DNA of 64,000 bases from an uncultured delta proteobacterium (GTDB taxonomy: Bacteria; Myxococcota_A; Polyangia; Polyangiales; Polyangiaceae), in the NCBI GenBank assembly GCA_963716725.1, contig CAVQUB010000008.1, forward strand, positions 64,001-128,000, in the 5' to 3' direction. The notes beneath the pieces are model-generated. The model was not told the DNA's origin and did not search any database. It saw only the letters and a program-made list of their open reading frames with translations. Position numbers and translations under genes: made by a program. Shown piece after piece: positions 1-8,816 of this stretch (position 1 is the first letter of the stretch; each line of letters opens with the position of its first letter).

Positions 1-3000
1 TCTCCTCGTCGCTGCCGACGGGACGATAGCGCCGCTCGGCCAAGGCTCGCAGCAGGGTGGCCTGTCGCATCATGGGCAACTCGCCGATTTCGTCGAGAAG
101 CAAGCTGCCGCCCTCGGCTCGGGCGATCAGGCCGGCGCGCGCGCGATCCGCGCCGGTGAAGCTGCCGCGGGCGTGACCGAAGAGCTCAGCCTCGAAGAGA
201 GCGTCGGGCACCGCGCCGCAGTTGATCGCCACGAAGGGCGCGGAAGCACGTGGCCCGCTGTCGTGAAGCGCGCGTGCGAAGAGTTCCTTGCCGACGCCGG
301 TCTCACCGGTGATCAGCACCGGCAGATCGCTGTCGACGGCGGTGTCGAGCCGGGCCAGCGCGCGCTGAAGGGCCGCGCTCTCGCCGATGATGTTGGGGAA
401 CGCCCGGTGTCCGTGGCGAGAGGGCAACACCGTGCTCGGCTCCCGGAGCGAATCGGGGGCTTCCGATCCGCGTTCGCGGGACGGCGGCGCGGCGGCCGCA
501 GACGAGCCACCGGCGCCCAGCGCGACAGCGAGCGCGGCGCAGATCCCCCAGCGTTCGACCTCGCGCCGGTCGAGCTTCTCGAAGGCGTTGGCGACGAAGC
601 GATGCTCCAGCACCAAGAGCGCCCGCTCCGCCCGCGCGCTCTCGGGCCCCAGGGCAACCAAGCGCGACCCAATTCCGCCGCGGGTCGCCACCGTGGGCTG
701 ATGGCTGATGTCGCCCGCACTGAGCGCGCTCTCGAGGGTCTCCGCCGACACTCGCTCCAGCACGTCTGGGATCGGCACCCCCTCGATGTCGACACCGACT
801 CCGCCGCGCGCTCCGGACACAGCCATGGCGATCACAAAAGCACGTTCGGCGCCGCTCGCTTCCACCACCCATCTACACAGCGCGAGTGCGGCCGCTTCGC
901 TGTCGGCCGCGATGCTGGCCGCCGACAGAAAGCTCCACAGCTGTTCGTCCCCTGCCATGCTCGGGACCGAAGCGTAGCCGCGCGTTGGCGCCGAGGCGAA
1001 GCGCCTTCGCGCTGCGGCCAAAACCCCGAGCGCGCGTTGCTCGGGTTCGGGGAGCCCCGCTGCTCGCGCGCGTCGCGCCGCGGCCACGGCGGCGCGGGCC
1101 GCTCGGCCTCGATCGGCGGGCAGGGTGCACAAATGGGCGCTGGCCCTCAGCGTGAGCGATCGCGCCCCGAGCAACGCATCTTGCTCGACGAGCGCAGCGT
1201 CGACGCGCCCGAGGTGGGTCAGGGCCAGATCGCCTTTGCCTTCCGCGAGCGCGATCTCGGCGCGCAGCAGCGCGAGATCCGCGTGCACGGGCTTTGGGAT
1301 CACGTCGCCCAGATGCTCAGCCTCGGAAACGAAGCGCTCTGCTGCGGCGCGATCGCCTCGGCGCAGGGACACGTCGGCCAGCGCCGCCAAACACCAACCT
1401 GCACCCGAGAGCTGCGAAAGCGCGCGACAGGTCGCGACGGCTTCGAGCAAGGCCGCCTCGGCTTGGTCGTACCGAGCGAGCTGTGAACACGCGAGACCCA
1501 AGTTGAGAAGGCACGCCCAAGTGCCGCCTCGGTCTCCCATTTCGCGCTTGGCGCGGAGCGATTGTTCGAACGCCTCCAGCGCTTCGTCGACCCGACCGCG
1601 ATACAGCGCGACCACGCCCCGGTTGTGATCGAGCCTCGCGAGTTCTTCGCTGTCGTCTACCGCCGCGGCCGACAACGCATCCGTGGCCCGCGCCAGAGCC
1701 AGCTCGGCGCGCGTCCAGTCAGCGCGGTACAGCGCGGTCGAGGCGAGGGTCGAGAGCGCGAGCACCTCGTCCGCAGGCTGCTCTGCCAGCGCCACCGCTC
1801 GCTGCGCCAGCTCCTCCGCCGCCTCGTGATCTCCAGCCCGCGCCTGCTGCTCTGCGTGGCGGCGCAGCGCAAGCACCGCGAGCGCGGGGTGGGTCGCCGC
1901 CGCTGCTTCGAGCCAGGTCACCAGCTCCGGATGCAGGCCGGCGCTGCCCCCGCCCCGCGTCGAGCGATCCAGCGCCGTCAGCGTCTGGGGCGTGCGCTCC
2001 CGGGGATCTGCGGCCAGCGCCAGCAGTGCGTCGGTCTCTTGGGATCGCAGCCCGGCGTCCCGCGCTGTACGCGCCGCGAGCGAGAGCAGCTCGCCTCGGC
2101 GGTTCGGGGGAGACAGCGCGCGTGACAGGGACAATAGCTGCGCCGCGGAGACGCCGACGGGGTTTGCGAGCACGTGGTCGGTGATCGAGTCCACGATCTC
2201 GAAGCTCGCCAGCGCGTCGGCGATGTCCGACTGGATCTCGGTGTGTGTGAGCCGCCAGCTGACGCCTGCGTCTCCGGCGCGTCGCTGTAGCAGGCTCGCC
2301 CGCGCGAGTTCCGCGCACGCCTGGCGCGCCTCGCCAGCACCGAGCACGTCGTTCAGCAGCGCGTCGCTGGCGTGCCCGTCGAGCACGGCCACGGTGGCCA
2401 AGGCCCGGGCTGCTGTCGGCGCGAGCGCCTTGGCTCGCGCGAGCACGGCGGCGCGCTCCAACGGGACTCTGCCCGTGAGCGCTGCGATGAATCCAGGGTT
2501 GCCATCGCTCGCGCTGCGAAGCTCTTCGGCGCGCTCGGGATCCACGTCGAGCTCCGCGCACAGACCGCGCACGCCGCGCAGGTCCAGGGCACCGAGCACG
2601 ATCGCGTTCGCATCGGCGGGCGCTTCGCGCAGCGCGGCGATCAGCGTGGTGTCGTCCGGGGACCAACGGGAACCCTCGGCAGGGCCGCGCCGACGACAAC
2701 GAAACGCTTCGAGGGCCGAGCGGACTTCCATGGGCGCGGCGTGGGCGTCGTCCAGCGCCACCAAGAGCGGCCCCGCCGCAAAGGGCCGAGCGCGCTCGGA
2801 GCCGCGAAGCCAAGCGATCAGCCGGGAAACGAGCTGATGGTCGTCGTTCGGAAAGCGCAGGAGCCGCGCAGCGTGGCCCGAGAGCAGCGCGCGCGTGACC
2901 AGCTCGGAGATCACCTGGCTCTTGCCCATTCCCGGCGCGCCCACCAGATAGGTGAGCCCCGGTTTCGCCCGCTCTAGTCTCGAGAGCTGGGGCTCGCGCA

Positions 3001-3814
3001 CCGATCGCTCGGCTCCTCCCGAGCGGAGCGATCGCACGGGACGCGGCGCTCCGAAGACCACGCTCTGACCCAGGAGCTGGAGCACGTCTCGAGCATCGCA
3101 GGGTCGATCTGCGGGATGCTCGGATCGCAGGCGATCGACGACGTCCGCCAAACTGGGTGGAAGCCAGGTTGCGAGACTGCGGACGGGCGCGTGCGACTCG
3201 GGCGGTTTGCCCGTGGCGACCGAATACGCCAGCGCGCCGAGTGCAAACAGATCGGTCTTCGGACTCGGAGGCGCTCCGGCGCGAAGCTCGGGCGCGGCAT
3301 AACCAGGCGTGACCGCGTTCGGTGCGAGATCCAAGCGTGCGCGCGCTACGGCAGCGCCCAAGTCAATGAGGGTCGCGCGACCGTCCTCGGGAATTCGCAC
3401 ATGTGCGGGCTTCAAGTCCCCGTGCAAGAAGCCGCTGTCGTGAACCAGCGCTAGAGTGGCGGTCACCTCGCTCAGCAGGCCAGCCAGACGCTCCGCACGA
3501 GCGCGATCGCTGGGTGCTGCTTCGAGGAAGCGGCGCGCGTCGGGCCCGTCGACGAAATCTTCGACCAGGAACGGGGCCTCGGAGACTTCGTCGCGTCCCA
3601 GGTCGTGCGCGCGAACCAGTCCCGGAACGTGCAGGCGCGAGAGCAGCGCAAACTCTCCCCTCAAGAGCTGCTCGTCGAAGGCTCCTGGCTGCCACAGCTT
3701 TGCGACCAAAGCGCGCGACGGCGACTCCCGATCGGTGACCCGCAGCACCACGGCCTGCGCACCTCGGCCGAGGACCGGGCCCGGCAGGTAGCGGGGGTGC
3801 TGCAGGAGGGACAT
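1..3814 (-). CDS. Ser/Thr kinase - P-loop ATPase - helical/TPR - sigma54 enhancer-binding protein fusion (partial, runs off left edge)
   Basis: Read by hand (absent from the ORF track because it has no stop in the window). ATG at 3814: MSLLQHPRYLPGPVLGRGAQ. Kinase motifs HGDLKPAH, LIDLG, TPGYAAPE; Walker A GAPGMGKS; bEBP motifs ITGETGVGKE, ELFGHARGSFTGA, LLDEIGELP, all in the same frame. Confidence 0.88.
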   Translation of the reverse strand, partial: MSLLQHPRYLPGPVLGRGAQAVVLRVTDRESPSRALVAKLWQPGAFDEQLLRGEFALLSRLHVPGLVRAHDLGRDEVSEAPFLVEDFVDGPDARRFLEAAPSDRARAERLAGLLSEVTATLALVHDSGFLHGDLKPAHVRIPEDGRATLIDLGAAVARARLDLAPNAVTPGYAAPELRAGAPPSPKTDLFALGALAYSVATGKPPESHAPVRSLATWLPPSLADVVDRLRSEHPADRPCDARDVLQLLGQSVVFGAPRPVRSLRSGGAERSVREPQLSRLERAKPGLTYLVGAPGMGKSQVISELVTRALLSGHAARLLRFPNDDHQLVSRLIAWLRGSERARPFAAGPLLVALDDAHAAPMEVRSALEAFRCRRRGPAEGSRWSPDDTTLIAALREAPADANAIVLGALDLRGVRGLCAELDVDPERAEELRSASDGNPGFIAALTGRVPLERAAVLARAKALAPTAARALATVAVLDGHASDALLNDVLGAGEARQACAELARASLLQRRAGDAGVSWRLTHTEIQSDIADALASFEIVDSITDHVLANPVGVSAAQLLSLSRALSPPNRRGELLSLAARTARDAGLRSQETDALLALAADPRERTPQTLTALDRSTRGGGSAGLHPELVTWLEAAAATHPALAVLALRRHAEQQARAGDHEAAEELAQRAVALAEQPADEVLALSTLASTALYRADWTRAELALARATDALSAAAVDDSEELARLDHNRGVVALYRGRVDEALEAFEQSLRAKREMGDRGGTWACLLNLGLACSQLARYDQAEAALLEAVATCRALSQLSGAGWCLAALADVSLRRGDRAAAERFVSEAEHLGDVIPKPVHADLALLRAEIALAEGKGDLALTHLGRVDAALVEQDALLGARSLTLRASAHLCTLPADRGRAARAAVAAARRARAAGLPEPEQRALGVLAAARRRFASAPTRGYASVPSMAGDEQLWSFLSAASIAADSEAAALALCRWVVEASGAERAFVIAMAVSGARGGVGVDIEGVPIPDVLERVSAETLESALSAGDISHQPTVATRGGIGSRLVALGPESARAERALLVLEHRFVANAFEKLDRREVERWGICAALAVALGAGGSSAAAAPPSRERGSEAPDSLREPSTVLPSRHGHRAFPNIIGESAALQRALARLDTAVDSDLPVLITGETGVGKELFARALHDSGPRASAPFVAINCGAVPDALFEAELFGHARGSFTGADRARAGLIARAEGGSLLLDEIGELPMMRQATLLRALAERRYRPVGSDEE

Positions 3815-3937
3815 GGAGGGCAGGGTACGGTCCTTGTAAGCAGGGGGCGATCCAGAGCCCCGGTTTGCAGGGAATCCATGGAAATCAAGGACGGATGGAC
3901 GATGGTTGCCGGCAACTCACGGGAGGCGAAGTTACCA

Positions 3938-5704
3938 GTGACTCGGGCGCTGGCCCTCGCCACGGGCCTGGTCGTGGCCAAGGCCGTTCTGGTCGGGCTT
4001 CGCGTCGTCGACGGCGGCGGCGGCGCGACCCTCGTCGATGTTTGGGCGCCGCTCGCCCTCCTGCACCAAGACGCGCTGGTGGTCGGAGCGTACCTCTTGC
4101 TCGACCTGGTGGTTTCGCGGCGGATCCCCCGGGCGCTCTGGGCGCTCGTCTGGGTGCTGGTCGCGTACTCGGCGATCAACGTGGCCGTCGCGCGGGTGTT
4201 CTCCACACCGTTGACCATCTCCATGCTTGGCGCCGCTGGTGGTGCGCTCAGCGACTCCATCGGGACCTACGTGACGGCCTCGAACCTGTTGGCGATCGCC
4301 GTCGTGATCGCTGCCAGCGCGGCCGCGACCCGCCTTCGCTTCGCACCGCGTGCGCCTTGGCACCTGCTCCTTGCCAGCGCAGCCCTGCTGTTCGCCGGCA
4401 TCGCCGGTTCCCACGCGGCGGCCCGCGTCGAGACGCTGGGGCTGCACCGGAACGCCGCAGTTGCCCTCGGGGTCACCGGCATCGCTCGGCTCTCACCCTC
4501 GCCGCGCGCCACGCAGGTCGGCGCGCTCGCGGACGAAGGACCGGCCCTCGACCTGAGGCAGTTTGCCGGTGCGGCGCGTGGGCGCAACGTCGTTTGGGTC
4601 ATTCTCGAGTCCACCGCAGCCGAATACCTCGGCGCCTACGGTGCGCGCCTCGATCCAACGCCCAACCTGACTCGGCTGAGCGAGGAATCACTGGTATTCG
4701 ACGCGGCCTACAGCGCCTATCCCGAGAGCATCAAGGGTCTGTGGTCGATGCTTTGTGGCGCATCGCCCGCAGCCCAGACCACGGCGAAGGACTACGCTGC
4801 CGGGCGCCTGCCCTGCGCCTCCATCGCGACGTCGCTCGGCGCGGCGGGGTATCGCACCGCGTTTTTCCACTCGGGGCGCTTCCGCTACCTCGGCATGCAG
4901 GCCGTCGTCGACGACCGCGGCTTCGGCGCGCTCTTCGACGCCGAGACCATCGGGGGCACGCACGCGTCGAGCTTCGGCACCGACGATGCTTCGACCGTGC
5001 GGCGTCTGCTCAGCTTCGTGGATGAGGCAGCGGGGGATCGATTCTTCGCGGTGTACTCGCCGATCTCGGGCCATCACCCCTACAAGTCCCCGGGCGACGG
5101 GCCGCGCCCTTTCCCGGCCCGCACCGAGAAGGACCACTACCTGAACGACCTCTTTGCCGGTGACGCCGCCTTCGGCAAGCTCGTGGATGGGTTGGTTCAA
5201 CGTGGTGTTCATCAAAACACGCTGTACGTGATCGTCGGCGATCATGGCGAGGCGTTTGGGCAGCACGAGGGCAACTTCGCTCACACCCTGCACCTCTACG
5301 ACGAGAACGTGCGCGTGCCGTTGATCGTGTCGGCCCCGGGCTTGACGGTCGGGAGGCTGCGTGTGCCCCAGATCGCCAGCCTCACGGATCTCGCGCCGAC
5401 GACCCTGGCGTTGATCGGACTCCAGCTGCCTTCGCGCCACGAAGGACGGTCGCTGCTGGCGCCCCAGCCCGGCGTCGCGCGCTTCTACACCGATCACGGT
5501 CCCCTCTCTCTTGGGCTCCGGCAGGGGCGTTTCAAGGCCCTGCACTCCACCGAGCACGACCGCACGCGCCTCTTCGACCTGGACCGGGATCCGGGTGAGA
5601 AACGCGACCTTGCGGCGGAGCATCCGGAGCGAAGCGAGCGCTATCGCAGGCATCTGCTCGAGTGGTCCGCGTCGCGTCGGGCAGCCGTCGCGAACGCCAA
5701 CTGA
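3938..5704 (+). CDS. Membrane-anchored sulfatase / LTA-synthase-like alkaline phosphatase superfamily protein
   Basis: About 5 N-terminal TM segments, then NVVWVILES, HHPY, VIVGDHGEAF, LYDENVRVPL and DLAPT motifs. Start uncertain (GTG 3938 has GGAGG upstream; ATG 3878 or 3902 are alternatives). Confidence 0.8.
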   Translation: MTRALALATGLVVAKAVLVGLRVVDGGGGATLVDVWAPLALLHQDALVVGAYLLLDLVVSRRIPRALWALVWVLVAYSAINVAVARVFSTPLTISMLGAAGGALSDSIGTYVTASNLLAIAVVIAASAAATRLRFAPRAPWHLLLASAALLFAGIAGSHAAARVETLGLHRNAAVALGVTGIARLSPSPRATQVGALADEGPALDLRQFAGAARGRNVVWVILESTAAEYLGAYGARLDPTPNLTRLSEESLVFDAAYSAYPESIKGLWSMLCGASPAAQTTAKDYAAGRLPCASIATSLGAAGYRTAFFHSGRFRYLGMQAVVDDRGFGALFDAETIGGTHASSFGTDDASTVRRLLSFVDEAAGDRFFAVYSPISGHHPYKSPGDGPRPFPARTEKDHYLNDLFAGDAAFGKLVDGLVQRGVHQNTLYVIVGDHGEAFGQHEGNFAHTLHLYDENVRVPLIVSAPGLTVGRLRVPQIASLTDLAPTTLALIGLQLPSRHEGRSLLAPQPGVARFYTDHGPLSLGLRQGRFKALHSTEHDRTRLFDLDRDPGEKRDLAAEHPERSERYRRHLLEWSASRRAAVANAN

Positions 5705-5705
5705 C

Positions 5706-6530
5706 TCACTCGAACAGGGTCTGACCCATGCGGACTTCGGGGCCCTCGCAGCAGCGGGTCGGGGCGCCTGGCGGCAAGAGCACGACCACGGTCGATCCGA
5801 AAGCAAAGTGCCCGACTTCGTCGCCATGCCCCAGGCTTCGGCCGAGCTCGAAGGGCCGCGGTCTCACCCACTCGCGCCGGTCGGTGCCCTCGAGGTGGAT
5901 GCCGCCGATCAGGCTCGCGCCCACCATCACCATCAAGAACGGTCGCCCCTCTCCATCGCGGCAGCTCAGGGTGGCCCGCTCGTTGCGCTCGTACACCCGC
6001 GGCACAATCCTGAGCGCGTCCGCGTTCTGCGGAAAGTAGCGACCCGGGATCCATCGCACCGCATCGAGCGTTCCGCGGACCGGCATGTGCACGCGGTGGT
6101 AGCCCCGCGGCGTGAGGAAGATCACCGCGTACATGCCGCCGTCGTACTCCGAGAGGTCGAGATCGTAGAGCCCACCGTTGACCACTCGATCGACGCTGAG
6201 TCGCTGCTCCTTGACCACGAGCGGGCGGCCGAGATCGAGGCGGCCTGAAGCAATCAGGTTGCCGTCCGCGGGCGCGACGAAGCCGCGCCCGATGGGGCGC
6301 GCGCCGGGCGCCAGACGACGCAAGAAGAAATCGTCCAGGGATTCGAAGCGCCGATCTTCGAACTCCGAGAGGTCGATCCGGTCGCGCTCGGTCCAGCGCG
6401 CGACTGCGCGGTCGACGGCCCACGCGGGCCGGGTGGCGGAGGTCAGGAACGCGGTGGTCCGGTTCAGCCAGCGGTGCGGCAGAAAGGCGTAGCTTCGGAG
6501 AAACGCCTCGGTCCGGTGTAGCTCGGTCAC
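5706..6530 (-). CDS. psd: Phosphatidylserine decarboxylase family proenzyme
   Basis: FFLRRL..GARP, APADG, FLTPRGYHRVHMP, RNER and the FAFGSTVV self-cleavage motif. Confidence 0.85.
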   Translation of the reverse strand: MTELHRTEAFLRSYAFLPHRWLNRTTAFLTSATRPAWAVDRAVARWTERDRIDLSEFEDRRFESLDDFFLRRLAPGARPIGRGFVAPADGNLIASGRLDLGRPLVVKEQRLSVDRVVNGGLYDLDLSEYDGGMYAVIFLTPRGYHRVHMPVRGTLDAVRWIPGRYFPQNADALRIVPRVYERNERATLSCRDGEGRPFLMVMVGASLIGGIHLEGTDRREWVRPRPFELGRSLGHGDEVGHFAFGSTVVVLLPPGAPTRCCEGPEVRMGQTLFE

Positions 6531-7777
6531 AGCTGTCCCCGGCTCAATGTCATGCGCTTGAGCAGGAGCCAGGAGACGATCCGCGAGCAGCCGGTGGGGC
6601 GAGCCCAGAGCCAGTCGTGTCGGAGCACCGGGGTGGCGCGCGCGGCTTCGAGCAAGGTCGCGTCGTCACCGACGAATCCCAGCGGTGTGACCACGAGGTC
6701 GCAGACGGAGTGTCGGCTTGGGTCGAAGCTCTCGATGCAGAAACGGACGCGACCGAGGGGGAAGCGACGTCGCTTCAAGTGGTCGATAGCATGGGACACG
6801 CTCGCGGCCGAACGATCGACGACCACGAAGCGAGCCTGTGGGAGCAGCTTTGCGAGCACCAGCAGCGAACGCGGGAACAAGCCGCCGCCGACGATGGCCA
6901 CTCGCTTCGGGAGCTCCGGCAGGCCGCCAAGCAGCGGCGCCATGGCGCGCGCATGGGTCCAGAGCATGAAGCGTTGCAGCAGCGACGAGCCGAGCGCGAT
7001 CCGCTCGAGAGCGCACAAAAAGAGCCCCTTGAGCTCGTGCGGTGTGGCGCGTTCCAGGAAGCGCAGGTGCGGGGGAAATGCGCTCGACGCGAGGGTGATC
7101 TGCCCGCGCAACGCCGACACGCGGGTCCAGTGCGCGCGCGGGGACAGGTGATGCTCCGCGTGATAGCCGTCGTTGAACCAGAAGAAATTGTAGAGACGAC
7201 CGTAGTGGCTCACGCCGGCCTCGGGGCGCTCAGTCCGCGCGTGCTCCATATCGCCCTGCAGGCGAGCGAGCCCCATCCCGAGCAGATAGCCCGGCGCGTA
7301 ACCGAACAGGAACAACTCGGGCGCCACCCCGAGGAACACGAGCCAACTGACACCCACGATCCCAATCTCGATCAGCGCACGGCGGCTGAGCCGCCGGCGC
7401 GGGCGGGTGGGCTCACCTGCGTGGTGCCAGAGATGGCGCGCTTTCCAGATCGACTGCGGGACGCCCAGCAGCAGGCTGAGCCAAAGGTCGAAGCCGCGGT
7501 TCAGCCTGCGCGAGCGGAACAAAGCGTTGTGCAAGTGATTGTGGGAAACCGTGTTGGAGCACCAACACACCCCGATGCCGAAGATCAGCGCGGAGACGCC
7601 CGCACCAACGCTGCTGGCGGGCGCCACGAGGCCGAAGGCTATCAGTGTCACGCAGGCCTGAGCCAGCGTCACCGCGACCAGCCAGGCGTCGCTCGCGGAG
7701 TGGCGGAACACCGAACGAGCTCGTCGCTTCGTCGCCGAAGCGTCGCCGAAAGACCACCACTCCGCGGGCATCGCCAT
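6527..7777 (-). CDS. Fatty acid desaturase fused to a C-terminal Rossmann/SAM-binding-like domain
   Basis: His boxes HNHLH, HLWHH, YHAEHH with TM segments; C-terminal RVAIVGGGLFPRS...VVVDRS. Overlaps psd by 4 bp. Confidence 0.75.
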   Translation of the reverse strand: MAMPAEWWSFGDASATKRRARSVFRHSASDAWLVAVTLAQACVTLIAFGLVAPASSVGAGVSALIFGIGVCWCSNTVSHNHLHNALFRSRRLNRGFDLWLSLLLGVPQSIWKARHLWHHAGEPTRPRRRLSRRALIEIGIVGVSWLVFLGVAPELFLFGYAPGYLLGMGLARLQGDMEHARTERPEAGVSHYGRLYNFFWFNDGYHAEHHLSPRAHWTRVSALRGQITLASSAFPPHLRFLERATPHELKGLFLCALERIALGSSLLQRFMLWTHARAMAPLLGGLPELPKRVAIVGGGLFPRSLLVLAKLLPQARFVVVDRSAASVSHAIDHLKRRRFPLGRVRFCIESFDPSRHSVCDLVVTPLGFVGDDATLLEAARATPVLRHDWLWARPTGCSRIVSWLLLKRMTLSRGQL

Positions 7778-7780
7778 GGC

Positions 7781-8605
7781 TCAGTTCCTCTTCCTTCGCC
7801 GCAGCGCGAACGCGAGACCCAGGCCCGAGAGCAGCCACGCGATCCCGCCTTTGCGGCTCGGATCCGCGAGGCTGCAGCCGCCTTCATCGTCCGAGTCCGA
7901 ACCCGATTTCCCCGCCGCGCCACCGGTCGCAGCGCCGCCGCTCGCCGCGCCGCCGCTCGCCGCGCCGCCGCTCGCCGCGCCGCCGGAGCCAGCGCTGCCC
8001 GCGGTGCCTCCGCCAGCCCCCGCCGTTCCGCCGGTGCTGGTCGAACCGCCAGCCCCCGCCGTTCCGCCGGTGCTGGTCGACCCGCCAGTGCCGGTCGCGC
8101 CACCGGTACCACCTGCACCACCGGTGCCGCCGTCGGCCTGGCTGTTCAGGAACTTGTCGATGACCTGGCAGGGGGTGAAGCCGGCCAGCACTCCCAACGC
8201 GATGGGATAGACGTCCGGCTTGACGGGCGTCGCGTTCGGCGCCCGCAAGCTGCCCGTGGGCAGACTCTGATCCCCGAGCCCGATGCAGACGTCGTCCTTT
8301 TCCTTGATGTTCTTCTCGACGTCCGCCCACTCGCTGACGCAGGTCTTCTCCTGACCGGACGGGCAGGAGTAGTACAGATACCCGAACGCGGGCTCGGTGT
8401 ACCCGGCGTAGCTGGTGCCGGTGCTCTTGTCGTAGAGCATCGCGGCGCCGTGGATTTGGATCTTCGTGGGCGCGGTGGCGCTGGGTTCGAGCACCACCTT
8501 CTTCACTTTGACCCAGACGCCGGCTGGCAAACTCGCCGACGCGTCGCTCGCGCTGAACACGACGCCGAGCGCGAGCAGGGTTTTGAACACATTTGCAGAC
8601 CTCAT
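7781..8605 (-). CDS. Secreted Cys-containing protein with Gly/Ser linker and MYXO-CTERM sorting tag
   Basis: GGAGG RBS, signal peptide, C-terminus GGCSLA...WLLSGLGLAFALRRRKRN. Confidence 0.8.
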   Translation of the reverse strand: MRSANVFKTLLALGVVFSASDASASLPAGVWVKVKKVVLEPSATAPTKIQIHGAAMLYDKSTGTSYAGYTEPAFGYLYYSCPSGQEKTCVSEWADVEKNIKEKDDVCIGLGDQSLPTGSLRAPNATPVKPDVYPIALGVLAGFTPCQVIDKFLNSQADGGTGGAGGTGGATGTGGSTSTGGTAGAGGSTSTGGTAGAGGGTAGSAGSGGAASGGAASGGAASGGAATGGAAGKSGSDSDDEGGCSLADPSRKGGIAWLLSGLGLAFALRRRKRN

Positions 8606-8639
8606 TCCTGACACCTCCAGTTGCAGAGGAGACCGTCTG

Positions 8640-8656
8640 AGCAACAGGCGGGCCAG
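8640..8656 (-). promoter_or_regulatory. sigma54 -24/-12 promoter for the MYXO-CTERM/desaturase/psd operon
   Basis: Minus strand CTGGCCCGCCTGTTGCT = TGG-N8-TTGCT, ~35 nt upstream of ATG 8605. Confidence 0.65.
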
Positions 8657-8816
8657 GACCGGATCCAGTGATTACGAACGGTTCCCCGTGGTCTCCGCGC
8701 GTTTCAGTTACCGGTAACCGCGGCTCGGGCCGGGGGGGCCCGGCGCCGCTCGAATCGCGCCGATTGCGCCCGCTCACGGCAGTTGGTACCGAGCGGCCGA
8801 ATACGGTTGACCCCAA

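Noticed and set aside
173..3791. Many plus- and minus-strand ORFs in the track over the first 3.8 kb
   Set aside because: Shadows of the single edge-truncated minus-strand kinase-bEBP gene; Arg/Ala/Pro-rich with no motifs
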